Positions 15,946-24,624 of a DNA stretch of 52,983 bases are shown piece after piece. Every line of letters begins with the position of its first letter. The first letter of the stretch is position 1. Source of the DNA: Candidatus Sungiibacteriota bacterium (lineage in GTDB: Bacteria; Patescibacteriota; Minisyncoccia; Sungbacterales; HO2-52-23); assembly GCA_016186095.1 (NCBI GenBank), contig JACPMG010000011.1, positions 1-52,983 of the forward strand, written 5' to 3'. The notes beneath the pieces are model-generated. The model was not told the origin of the DNA. It did no database searches and saw nothing but the letters and a program-made list of their open reading frames with translations. A program made the position numbers and the translations under genes.

Positions 15946-16572
15946 TTAGCGCCAATTATAAAAACGTTCGCGCAGGCTCATATTTTTCATTGCGCCCCGT
16001 TCGTCCCAGGTGACGGTTGAGACTACATCCATTTGATCTTCAGCCGGGATGCCGGCATCTGGCGAATCGGGCGGGACTTTTATCGTCACACAGCGGCTGA
16101 AAATCGTCTCCTGGCTTCCGGTGTAGCCGTAGAGGCCAGTGGCAGAGTCAAAGCGCAATTTTTCTCCGCAGGAAGTTGAGAGGATGGGCATTATGATACT
16201 AGCCCCGTTTATCCCGCCGCAGTCCATGGCGATTGTTCTGTCCGTGGAAATACCCGCAGTGGCGTTTACGAACTTGTGGTCGGTCGGAGGGTAAGGCGGC
16301 TCCGGATCGGAATTCCACGGCCACGATCCCGGTCCGTTGAGGATGTCACAGGCAATATTGTTGTCGCGTACCGCGCGCACCAGCTCAATTCCCTCTTGGG
16401 CAAGATTAGCTGCTGTGATTTTGTTTTTAGCAAAAGAAAAATCAAAAATACCCCTGGTTATTAGCGCAACGGGTCCGACGAGTGCTGCCAAGATAACTGC
16501 GAGCGCTACTATGGTTTCGAGCAGAGTAAATCCCAGCTGGCTTGGCCGATGGAATTTTGGGTAAGGGGTCAT
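15946..16572 (-). CDS. prepilin-type minor pilin (PilV-like)
   Basis: ...RPSQLG|FTLLETIVALAVILAAL, the class III signal-peptide signature. Confidence 0.8.
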   Translation of the reverse strand: MTPYPKFHRPSQLGFTLLETIVALAVILAALVGPVALITRGIFDFSFAKNKITAANLAQEGIELVRAVRDNNIACDILNGPGSWPWNSDPEPPYPPTDHKFVNATAGISTDRTIAMDCGGINGASIIMPILSTSCGEKLRFDSATGLYGYTGSQETIFSRCVTIKVPPDSPDAGIPAEDQMDVVSTVTWDERGAMKNMSLRERFYNWR

Positions 16573-17141
16573 TTTATGGAGATTTGTCCGCTGGTCCGCG
16601 CGACCACCTTCTTTTTTTTGCCGGAGGACGACGAGAGCTCCATCTCCACCCTATCTCCGATGGACGTTCCGTCGGTTCCGGTAATCGCCACTACCGCCTC
16701 CGGCGCGGAAAACATAATATGTACGATCGAATACGATGCGTTTGAAGAATCGAGCAGTGAGTTTATTCTTACTCCCGCTGGCAGAGCTTCATCCGCGCCT
16801 ATTTTCGCATCATCCGACGTATAGCGGTTGTCGCGGACGACATCGACGAAAAGAAAATACGCTGAAGGCACGGCCTTGTCTAGTCTGATCCCGACCGCGT
16901 CCGGAATTTTAGGACCGGAGGAAGTTTCTACTTGAGTTACGGCTAGCGACATGTTTTGCGCGCGGCGAATGGCCAGTGCCAGTTCGCGGCTCGCCCGGTT
17001 TATCGCCCCGCCTTCACTAAGGCCGGTGAAGCTGACCAAAACGACCGTGCTTATCATGGTTATAATGCCGAGCATAACTACGACCTCTATCATAGTGAAC
17101 CCCGCACATAATTTGTGCGGACGGTCTTTTGTATCCTGCAT
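16569..17141 (-). CDS. prepilin-type minor pilin (GspH/FimT-like)
   Basis: MQDTKDRPHKLCAG|FTMIEVVVMLGIITM. Start placed at Met32 of the ORF-track frame. The upstream 31 codons are a decayed copy of the leader. Confidence 0.75.
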   Translation of the reverse strand: MQDTKDRPHKLCAGFTMIEVVVMLGIITMISTVVLVSFTGLSEGGAINRASRELALAIRRAQNMSLAVTQVETSSGPKIPDAVGIRLDKAVPSAYFLFVDVVRDNRYTSDDAKIGADEALPAGVRINSLLDSSNASYSIVHIMFSAPEAVVAITGTDGTSIGDRVEMELSSSSGKKKKVVARTSGQISIK

Positions 17142-17166
17142 GGCGCAAATTATGTGTGGGGTGAAC
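17095..17166 (-). promoter_or_regulatory. inverted repeat bracketing the minor-pilin start codon
   Basis: CCCCGCACATAATTTG (17101-17116) against CAAATTATGTGTGGGG (17146-17161) matches 15/16. The start codon at 17139-17141 lies in the loop. Confidence 0.4.
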
Positions 17167-17417
17167 CCCGCGCATTTTTTTGACAGGATAAGCGGTCGCA
17201 TATCTATAATTATATCCTTTTTCTCCCCAAACAAAAACCGCCCTTTGGTAGGGCATGGGCTATAGGCCAGAGCGTCATTTTCACCCCGCTAGAACGCCGC
17301 CGATCATGTCGGCGGCAGCTAAGAAAGGGGCCGATAGGAGTTAATGTTCCTATGATCACGACGCGAAACGTACGTTCTAACGGGATTCACGGCGAATACT
17401 ATAACGGTCGCCGGGCA

Positions 17418-17810
17418 CTATAGCGAGATTTGAAATTGGCTGGTCGACGAGAGTACCGTTTTTATAGATGTCCATACGCCGCTTTTCCCGGCAACGGAAT
17501 ATATTTTCCCCGTTCGAATAGAAAATTTGAACTGACCAGCTTGACCGACGGCGTCAAGCGCCCGCTCCAACTCATAGGATGAAGTCGTGTCGCTTTCAAA
17601 TATTCGCAGATCTTTGGGGCCGAAATCAATCTCCACGATCTCTTTGGCGTGAGGCGGACGCTTGGGCATGGGCGAAGACCCGTAAGTAAGGGACGTTGAT
17701 AGAAAGTCCTGGTAGAAGATTTGGTTGGAATAGAAAATTAGACCCAGCGCAAGGCAGGAAGAAATGCCGAGGGCGATCCAGGCGTAGACATTTTGGTTAG
17801 GGCTTACCAT
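17418..17810 (-). CDS. hypothetical membrane-anchored protein (130 aa)
   Basis: One N-terminal transmembrane helix. Overlaps the pilD stop by 7 nt. Confidence 0.5.
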   Translation of the reverse strand: MVSPNQNVYAWIALGISSCLALGLIFYSNQIFYQDFLSTSLTYGSSPMPKRPPHAKEIVEIDFGPKDLRIFESDTTSSYELERALDAVGQAGQFKFSIRTGKIYSVAGKSGVWTSIKTVLSSTSQFQISL

Positions 17811-18589
17811 AGAAAATTAATTAAGCCGCTAAGGGCGAGAAAGCGCTGTCCCAGTATTTGCGCCAGAGCCGCGCCTATAATAATAAAAGGTCCGAAGGGC
17901 ACCTGATCTTTTAAAGTTTTTCGGCCGGATAAGATAAGCAAAATTCCCGCTATTCCGCCGAGCCAAAAGGCGAAAAGAAATCCCGGGAGTGATAGCGGAT
18001 AGCCGAGGACAAGCGACGTCGCAAAAATTAGTTTTGCGTCTCCAAGCCCCATGGCCGTACCTTTGGAAAAAAACCAAAAAAGGGCCAATACGGCTGAAAA
18101 AATAAGAGCCGCGGCTAAAGCGGCCGGGAGAGACGGGCGGTCCAGGATACGCTCGGCTAGGCCGATTACAGCAAGGACTAATACCGCGCCATTGGGAATG
18201 ATCCGGTAGCGAAAATCAGACACGAGAATGACGATCGAAGCTCCCAGCCCCAAGGAAAGTGCTGAGATGGCCGAGAGAGTAAAAAGATCAAGTGATGGAA
18301 AAACAAAGTACGGTCGCCATAACTGCCAGGCCCCAACATACAAAAGTGCGGTTCCAAGTTCCACGAGCGGGTATTGCCAAGAAAGGGCGGCACCGCAATG
18401 GCGGCACCGCCCTTTCAAAAAGGCAAAACTTATAACGGGCACGAGTTCAAACGGAGACAATACGGCTTTACACGATTCGCATCTTGACCTTCCGCCCAGG
18501 GTTTCGCCACGACCTCCGCGGATGATGACTACGTTAAGAAAACTGCCCACCGTCAAGCCAAAGAGAAAGACGACAAAAGTAGCGAACAT
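17804..18589 (-). CDS. pilD: prepilin peptidase (A24 family)
   Basis: 261 aa. N-terminal Cys cluster CESC...CRHCG, a polytopic membrane body and GLGDAKL. Confidence 0.9.
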   Translation of the reverse strand: MFATFVVFLFGLTVGSFLNVVIIRGGRGETLGGRSRCESCKAVLSPFELVPVISFAFLKGRCRHCGAALSWQYPLVELGTALLYVGAWQLWRPYFVFPSLDLFTLSAISALSLGLGASIVILVSDFRYRIIPNGAVLVLAVIGLAERILDRPSLPAALAAALIFSAVLALFWFFSKGTAMGLGDAKLIFATSLVLGYPLSLPGFLFAFWLGGIAGILLILSGRKTLKDQVPFGPFIIIGAALAQILGQRFLALSGLINFLW

Positions 18590-18610
18590 GGCCCGCTCAG
18601 GATTAATTTT

Positions 18611-19153
18611 TTAAGGCACCACGTCGTATTGCCTGTTTGTGCCGTCTGTGGTTCCGTCGGTCGTCTGGCCGGTGTAGGTTGCCCCGCCGGAAACGCAGGC
18701 CGGGGAGCCGGTAGCTGAATTACAGTCTTTGTCGCCGGTGAAGGCCGGGTTGGCTGAATCTTCAAGCTGGGCCGACAGGTGATAGGTAGTTCTGGTAGAG
18801 CCTCCTGCGGGCACGCCTGAGGCGAAACGATAGCAGATCGCCGTCGCATCCGTGCTTCCGGAGAGCGGGTCTCGCGGCACCTGCGGTATGTAGCCGTTGG
18901 TCTGCAGTCCTTCCAGCCCGTAAGCCACGGACAAGCTGCAAGTGGTGGATCCTAAGGGGTATTGGTTGCTTTGCCCGTCAAAGAAAAGTTCCAAGGCGAG
19001 CTGTATTTGCTTGATATCGGTAATGCGGCGGGCGTCGCGAGATTTGCGGCGTGCGCTGTTAAGCGACGCTAAGACGATCGATGCCAAAACGCCAATAATG
19101 GCGATAACCACCAGAAGTTCTATTAGCGTGAACCCTTTTGATTTATTTTTCAT
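18611..19153 (-). CDS. pilA: type IV major pilin
   Basis: MKNKSKG|FTLIELLVVIAIIGVLASIVL, with its own strong promoter. Confidence 0.9.
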   Translation of the reverse strand: MKNKSKGFTLIELLVVIAIIGVLASIVLASLNSARRKSRDARRITDIKQIQLALELFFDGQSNQYPLGSTTCSLSVAYGLEGLQTNGYIPQVPRDPLSGSTDATAICYRFASGVPAGGSTRTTYHLSAQLEDSANPAFTGDKDCNSATGSPACVSGGATYTGQTTDGTTDGTNRQYDVVP

Positions 19154-19201
19154 ACGAATTTAAATAATATGGCTATTTACGTTTAAATGATTGACCTTTT
19201 A

Positions 19202-19229
19202 ATTATATTGTTCTTATCTTGATTGTAAA
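19202..19229 (-). promoter_or_regulatory. pilA promoter, TTTACA-16-TATAAT
   Basis: On the minus strand, -35 at 19224-19229 and -10 at 19202-19207. A perfect TTATCCACA 9-mer sits just upstream (19238-19246). Confidence 0.55.
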
Positions 19230-19250
19230 ACCCCTTTATCCACACCCGCA

Positions 19251-19278
19251 GTTTAGTTACCAGTAACTGGTTAACTAG
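19251..19278. repeat. GTTACCA-type heptamer array over the pilC stop
   Basis: GTTTAGT TACCAGT AACTGGT TAACTAG. ACCAGT-a-ACTGGT is self-complementary. Confidence 0.6.
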
Positions 19279-20483
19279 ATTGCTCCTACCAGATTGTATA
19301 GAGGTACTAACACGGCCGTCACCAGCAGGCCGATACCGATCCCCAAGAAAATAATAAGCGCGGGTTCAATCAAGGCGACTAGATTTTCCAGGGCCGAGTC
19401 CACCTCCCGCTGGTAGAATTTGGTGACGCTCTCTAGAATGAATTCCAGTCGTCCGGACGACTCGCCTATCTTTATCATCTGTGTTATCAGGACGGGTACG
19501 GCTTCTGATTTTTCCAGGGCGGCGGAAATGGTGCTGCCGCCTTTGACCGATTCGGTGGCGTCACGAATGGCTTTTTGATAAACGACATTGCCCACGACAT
19601 CGCCTGTTATATTAAGAGCGCGGATAAGGGGCACGCCGCTGCTTATGAGCGTTCGGAGGTTGTCGGTAAAACGCGCCATATATAATTTACGGTAGAGTGT
19701 TCCTATTATTGGTAGGTTGAGCTGGAGCGAGTGAAAAAAAAATCTTCCCGCGGGCGTTATTCCCCAACGCCAAAGGAAAAGGGCTCCCACTACAAGCAGA
19801 GTAAGCATGGCCAAGCCCCATTGGCGGATGAAAAATGACAGATAGATGATAGCTTGCGTGTAGAAAGGGATTTCCTGTCCTGTGTCTTGGAAGATATCCA
19901 AAAGTTTTGGGATTACCACCACCAGCATGACTACGAGCACCCCCAAAAAAGCAAAAAAAACAAACGCCGGATATATGAGGGAATTGCGCGCTTTGGAGGT
20001 TAGATAGTAGGACCTTTCCAGGTGATCAGCAAGATAGGTGAATACCTCCTGCAGTTTCCCGGATTCTTCTCCGGATTGGATAAGGTGGATGTGGAAGGTC
20101 GAGAAAATGGAAGGATGTTTGGTCATAGCCTGCGAAAGCGCCATACCCCCGGCAACATCGTCCAGGATCTCCGCTATTGCCGCGCGGAGCATGGGTTTAT
20201 TGGTTTCGCCGACGAGCGTTTTCAGAGCCATAACTACCGGAATGCGCGCTTCAAAGAGTGTGGCTAGCTGTCGGAAAAAAATTACCACATCTTTTTGAGA
20301 AACTGTTCCTACCAGCGGCAGGCGCAACGCAAATAAAGACAGGCCTTTCTGCTCGCTGATGGAAAGCACCATGAGATTATTTTGCTGCAATAAGTCTAAG
20401 GCCGCGTCGCGGCTTGAGGCCTCAATTACTCCGGTCCTGGTTTCTCCTTCTTTGGTGCGGGCTTTGTATTGGAATGTCGCCAA
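19275..20483 (-). CDS. pilC: type IV pilus platform protein PilC (GspF family)
   Basis: 402 aa. N-terminus (M)ATFQYKARTKEGETRTGVIEA and two T2SSF repeats. TTG start. Confidence 0.92.
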   Translation of the reverse strand: MATFQYKARTKEGETRTGVIEASSRDAALDLLQQNNLMVLSISEQKGLSLFALRLPLVGTVSQKDVVIFFRQLATLFEARIPVVMALKTLVGETNKPMLRAAIAEILDDVAGGMALSQAMTKHPSIFSTFHIHLIQSGEESGKLQEVFTYLADHLERSYYLTSKARNSLIYPAFVFFAFLGVLVVMLVVVIPKLLDIFQDTGQEIPFYTQAIIYLSFFIRQWGLAMLTLLVVGALFLWRWGITPAGRFFFHSLQLNLPIIGTLYRKLYMARFTDNLRTLISSGVPLIRALNITGDVVGNVVYQKAIRDATESVKGGSTISAALEKSEAVPVLITQMIKIGESSGRLEFILESVTKFYQREVDSALENLVALIEPALIIFLGIGIGLLVTAVLVPLYNLVGAI

Positions 20484-20493
20484 GTTTATTCGC

Positions 20494-20581
20494 GGGTGCG
20501 GTTCCCTCGTCCCGCCCTTTGCCGCTCACAAAGGAAACCCCTCCTTCAGTTCGCGAACAAAGGGCGGGACTCGACCGCACC
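20494..20581 (-). other. long bipartite stem-loop between pilT and pilC
   Basis: Outer stem GGTGCGGT/ACCGCACC (8 bp) and inner stem GTCCCGCCCTTTG/CAAAGGGCGGGAC (13 bp perfect). The apical hairpin is AAGGAggggttTCCTT. Confidence 0.5.
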
Positions 20582-20599
20582 ACGCTCACTTTATAAAAT

Positions 20600-21667
20600 T
20601 TATCCCTTGAGCAATGATTGCAATTCTCCGGGATTCAGCGAGTAGAGGACCGCATTTTCCATGGCGATCTCTCCGCGTCTTATAAGATCTACCAGGGAGC
20701 GGTTTAGGCTTATCATGCCCTGATCGGAGCTTGTTTCAATGACTAAATCCAGTTCATGGATTTTGTTTTCCCGGATGAGATTGCGGACAGCCGCATTCGC
20801 TATCATAACCTCCACGGCCGGCACAAGGCCGCCGTTTATTCGCGGTATTAGCCGTTGGGAGACCACTCCGATCAGCGTGGAGGAGAGTTGAGCGCGAATC
20901 TGATTTTGCTGGGTCGGGGGGAAGGTGTCTATTATCCGGTCGATGGTCTGGGCCGCATTATTGGTATGCAGAGTTGAGAGCACCAGGTGGCCGGTCTCGG
21001 CCGCAGTCACCGCGGCCGCCATGGTTTCCGCATCGCGCATCTCGCCTACCATAACCACATCAACATCCTGACGGAACATTGATTTTAAGGCGCGATGGAA
21101 GTCGGCGGTATCGCTGCCCACCTCTCGCTGGTCAATGGTGGCGTGATCCGAGGAGAAGAGATACTCAATAGGGTCCTCTATGGTGGTGATATGTTCTGCC
21201 CGCGTGCGGTTTATATAATCAATGACGGCGGCCAAAGTGGTGGATTTTCCGTGCCCGGTAGGGCCCACCACCAGAAGGAATCCTTGTTTACGCACGGCAA
21301 ATTCCTGCAGAATAGGCGGCAGGCTTAGTTCGGTGAAGTTGCGAATTTTGGTGGGGATAAGGCGGAGCGCCGCTCCCATCGATCCCCTTTGAAAGAAAGC
21401 ATTGACGCGGAACCTTGCTTTTTCGTGAAAATCGTAGGAGAGGTCTATTTCCCGCTCGCGCGTGAGTTTTTCTTTTTGCTCTTCGGTGAGCATGGAGAAA
21501 ACATATTCCTGCGCGGTTTGAGCCGTAAGCACGTCCTCTTTAAGGAGCGGAACCAATCCCCCATCAATGCGCAGGGTAGGATGGCGGCCAACGGAGATAT
21601 GGAGATCGGAGGCGCCCTCTTTTACGACAGATGTCAGAAGCTCTTCAAATGATTTTTTGTTTGCCAT
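20600..21667 (-). CDS. pilT: twitching-motility retraction ATPase PilT
   Basis: 355 aa. Walker A [31 protein letters not shown]. Confidence 0.93.
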   Translation of the reverse strand: [355 protein letters not shown]

Positions 21668-21682
21668 TGTTTTAAAAAAAAG

Positions 21683-22051
21683 TTATTTTTCAAGCAGTCT
21701 CTGGACTTTTTCCACTACTTCGCTTGGCGTAAAATGAGCCTTGATAATATAATCGTCCGCTCCTAGCCTCGTACCGCGTTCCACCTCTTCTTTCTGGCCC
21801 AGATTGGTGAGCAGGATGATTTTGGCATCCTTAGTTTCCGGACCCTGTTTTAATTCCTGCAGTACGTCAAATCCGTCCAAGGCCGGCATTACCACATCAA
21901 GCAATATGGCGTCGGGCTTGAATTCTTGCGCTTTTTTCAGCCCCTCCTTGCCATCATGCGCGGTCGCAATATCAAATCCGCGCTCTTTGAATTTAAGCAC
22001 ATACATATCAAGGATAAACGGATCATCATCAATTATTATGACTTTTGCCAT
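21683..22051 (-). CDS. receiver-only response regulator (CheY/PilH-like)
   Basis: 122 aa: IIIDDD, LLDVVMPALDG, GADDY. No output domain. Confidence 0.88.
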   Translation of the reverse strand: MAKVIIIDDDPFILDMYVLKFKERGFDIATAHDGKEGLKKAQEFKPDAILLDVVMPALDGFDVLQELKQGPETKDAKIILLTNLGQKEEVERGTRLGADDYIIKAHFTPSEVVEKVQRLLEK

Positions 22052-22058
22052 AGCGTCA

Positions 22059-22086
22059 GTTACTGGTAACCAGTTACCGGTTATTA
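22059..22086. repeat. 4 x 7 nt GTTACCA-type array forming the pilin2 to response-regulator spacer
   Basis: GTTACTG GTAACCA GTTACCG GTTATTA. Self-complementary. Confidence 0.75.
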
Positions 22087-22521
22087 CGGCGTTGCCGTAT
22101 GGACTCCGGCGGATTTACCGGAAATACTGTTCGTTTCCAGATAATAGGTAAGCGTATAGGTTGAGCCGTCTGCGGAATCGTACGCATATTGGTAATTGCC
22201 GGAATTGAAAGGATCGACAGGCACCTGGTTAAGCGCGCCGTCATTTACCAGCGCCACGGATGCCTGGTCCGCGCCGGATAGGGGGCCGGAGTAGATAGGA
22301 TAAGTCCTGTTGTTGACCGCATATATGGCCAGGGCGTTTTGCAGGGTTTTTATTTCCGATTCGCGTTCCGCGTCTCTTGATCGCGCACGGGAAGACGATA
22401 CTTGTACTAAAATGAGCGATCCCAGAAGCACGATGATCGCCATTACGACCAGAAGTTCGACTATCGTGAAACCAACCGCTCTGTTTGTAATTTGTAATTT
22501 GTAATTTGTAATTTTTTTCAT
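22084..22521 (-). CDS. type IV pilin (second pilin)
   Basis: MKKITNYKLQITNRAVG|FTIVELLVVMAIIVLLGSL. The ATG overlaps the upstream stop (ATGA). Confidence 0.85.
   Translation of the reverse strand: MKKITNYKLQITNRAVGFTIVELLVVMAIIVLLGSLILVQVSSSRARSRDAERESEIKTLQNALAIYAVNNRTYPIYSGPLSGADQASVALVNDGALNQVPVDPFNSGNYQYAYDSADGSTYTLTYYLETNSISGKSAGVHTATP
22484..22511. repeat. 4 x 7 nt tandem array (TTACAAA in the sense strand) inside the prepilin leader
   Basis: The plus strand reads TTTGTAA four times exactly. It lies between the ATG and the G|F cleavage site. Confidence 0.9.
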
Positions 22522-24183
22522 ACTACCTCCAAGAGCTCTTCTAGCCCGATTAATCCTTTTAGCACTTTCAGTATACCATCTTGTTTTAGGGTAATCATCC
22601 CCTGGCGTTTTGCTTCCTCGCTGATACGCGACTCCGAGGGGCCGGTGAGTATGATTTTTTCAAGTTCCGGAGTCATGGAAAGAACCTCAAAGATGCCGGT
22701 CCGTCCCCGGGTACCTTTCGGACAGGAAGGACCCGCCTCGGCCTGATATATTTCCTGCAGCGCCTCTTTTTTTATCTTTTCGCGCGCATCCGCCGGCAGG
22801 GCATCAATTTCCTTGGCGATGAGTTCCTTCATTTTTGTCTGCAATTTAGTTTTTTTCCTCGAGTCCGGACAAAGCTTTCGCGCCAGCCTTTGCCCGACGG
22901 CCAGTATTAGCGTCGGGGGTATAAGGTACGGGTCAATGCCCATATCAATAAGGCGGGGGACCACGCCGATCATGAACCGCCAGTGCCGCGGTTTCTTTGT
23001 CCCGTATCTCGCCTACCATGATGATATCCGGGTCCTGTCTTACTATGTGGCGCAGGCCGGTGGCAAAATCATACCCGATCTCCGGTCGGATTTGAGATTG
23101 ATTCACGCCAGCCACAAAATATTCGATTGGGTCCTCCAGGCTGACTATGTTGGTGCGTTCCTGGTTGAGAATCTGTAAAATCGCATAAAGGGTCGTTGAT
23201 TTGCCCGACCCGGTGGGTCCGGTGATTAGTATCATCCCGTAGGGCCGTTTGATGTTTTCTTCTAGGAGAGAAAGATTTCTCCCTTCAAGGCCGAGGTCGG
23301 AAAGCGTTTTGACACCCGCCTCCGGATCAAGAATTCTTATGGCGACTTTTTCTCCGAAAGCGGTGGGGAAAGTGGATACGCGAAAATCTATATCCCGGCC
23401 CATAATTTCTGCGTGGAACCTCCCGTCTTGCGGGATCCTCGTTTCATCAATTTTAAGATTGGTCATGACTTTGATGCGGGTCACAATCGCCGGACGCACG
23501 TCCAGGGGCAGGAGAAGACTTGTATGCAGGACTCCGTCTACGCGAAAACGCACGCGCAGTTTATCGCGCGCCGGTTCAATATGGATGTCCGATGCGTGCC
23601 CTTCTACCGCGTGACGGAGGATTACGGCCATCATTTTGGTGACCGGCGCCTCTTCGACAATTTTGGCCGGCTCCTCGCGTCTTATTTTAACCTCTTCCCC
23701 CAGCGCTTCATATTCTTTTTCGAATTCGCCGAGGGCCTTGGTGACCTCGCCGGACAAACTGCGGTACTCCCCCAGGACGTTTTCCAGATCGGACGGGGTT
23801 ATGACAAAAATTCTAGAAGGCAGATTGGCGCGCGCGGCGATAAATTTCAGGGCCTCCTGTGCCGATACGTCATCGGGGAAGAGCATCCCAATTTCAAGGT
23901 AGCCTTCGTTTCTGCCCAACGGGATCATCTTATAGTGGCGCGCCGATTCTTCCGGAATATCGCGCAATGCTTCAAAAGAGACGTTTAGGCCGCGCAAGAA
24001 TTTTGTTGGGTATCCGGTAAGTTCACTTTTAGCGGCAGCCACGTCTTCCTCCGTCACCCCGTACTGGTAGAGAATTTCCTCCACGGGAACCTTTTTATCT
24101 TTGGCCTCTTTTCGTACTAGGGCGGATTTGGCGAGATCGAGAATATTTTGGGAAATGAGAATGTCTATGAGTGATTTGGCCAT
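22518..24183 (-). pseudogene. pilB: pilB/GspE-type assembly ATPase, disrupted (internal deletion plus frameshift)
   Basis: The 412-aa ORF ends ...MVGEIRDKETAALAV-HDRRGPPPY*. The 151-aa ORF resumes in another frame at MIGVVPRLIDMG. About 18 residues matching [18 protein letters not shown] of the intact copy (the His box) are missing. Confidence 0.75.
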
Positions 24184-24259
24184 GGTATACTACGAATTAC
24201 GTATTTTTACGAATATACGAATTCGTACATTCTAGCGGACTCGTTATTCGTAGAGATCA
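24184..24259. repeat. TACGAAT cassette, copy A
   Basis: Left arm ACTACGAATTACGTATTTTTACGAATATACGAAT, palindrome TACGAATTCGTA (24216-24227), right end GTTATTCGTAGAGATCA. The termini are inverted repeats. Confidence 0.85.
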
Positions 24260-24544
24260 GAATGGTAAAAATGGATTTTCTCTTCCTATTTTTGTCTGCT
24301 CTCTTATTTTTTCTCCGGCCATGCCCTCTGGCGCCTGTAAGGATTTAAAGAAAGGGTCCTGGAATAAAGACACGTCAAGCTGAAGATCTTTGAGCCGTCT
24401 TAATTCGGAAAGTCGTGTTGAGAAAGAACCCTCGGCGCGAGCTGTCTCCGGTCGGGTCGCGGTTTGGGCGTAGCCATACCATAGGTAGGCAATTAAGCCA
24501 AGGACGATGACAAAAACGAGAAGAAGGATTGTTTGTCTGTTCAT
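24257..24544 (-). CDS. small membrane-anchored pilus protein (PilP-like?)
   Basis: 95 aa. One N-terminal transmembrane helix and a C-terminal GRENPFLPF resembling the R(D/N)PF motif. Sits downstream of pilO. Confidence 0.45.
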   Translation of the reverse strand: MNRQTILLLVFVIVLGLIAYLWYGYAQTATRPETARAEGSFSTRLSELRRLKDLQLDVSLFQDPFFKSLQAPEGMAGEKIREQTKIGRENPFLPF

Positions 24545-24624
24545 GGGATACTACTAATTACGAATATACGAATGGACAAGATCGGTTTCCTGTATCCGTA
24601 CCGATCCGTAATCCTTAGCGGCCA
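24545..24624. repeat. TACGAAT/TACGGAT cassette, diverged copy D
   Basis: ATACTACTAATTACGAATATACGAAT, then ATCCGTA CCGATCC GTAATCC words, plus an inner GATCGGT/ACCGATC stem. Confidence 0.6.

Noticed and set aside
5851-19246. Two perfect DnaA boxes, considered as evidence of oriC in the window.
   Set aside because: They are 13 kb apart, each is isolated, there is no cluster or AT-rich unwinding element, and no dnaA or dnaN lies nearby.
20484-20599. GGCAAAGGG...GGGACG strings hinted at a c-di-GMP (GEMM-I) riboswitch ahead of pilC.
   Set aside because: The conserved ACGCACAGGGCAAACC and GGGACGCAAAGCC cores and the tetraloop/receptor layout are absent. The element is a plain long hairpin.
23413-23988. 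A 191-aa plus-strand ORF, along with similar plus-strand ORFs across gyrB, pheT, the ligase, pilO, pilM and the histidine kinases.
   Set aside because: All are antisense shadows of strongly supported minus-strand genes.
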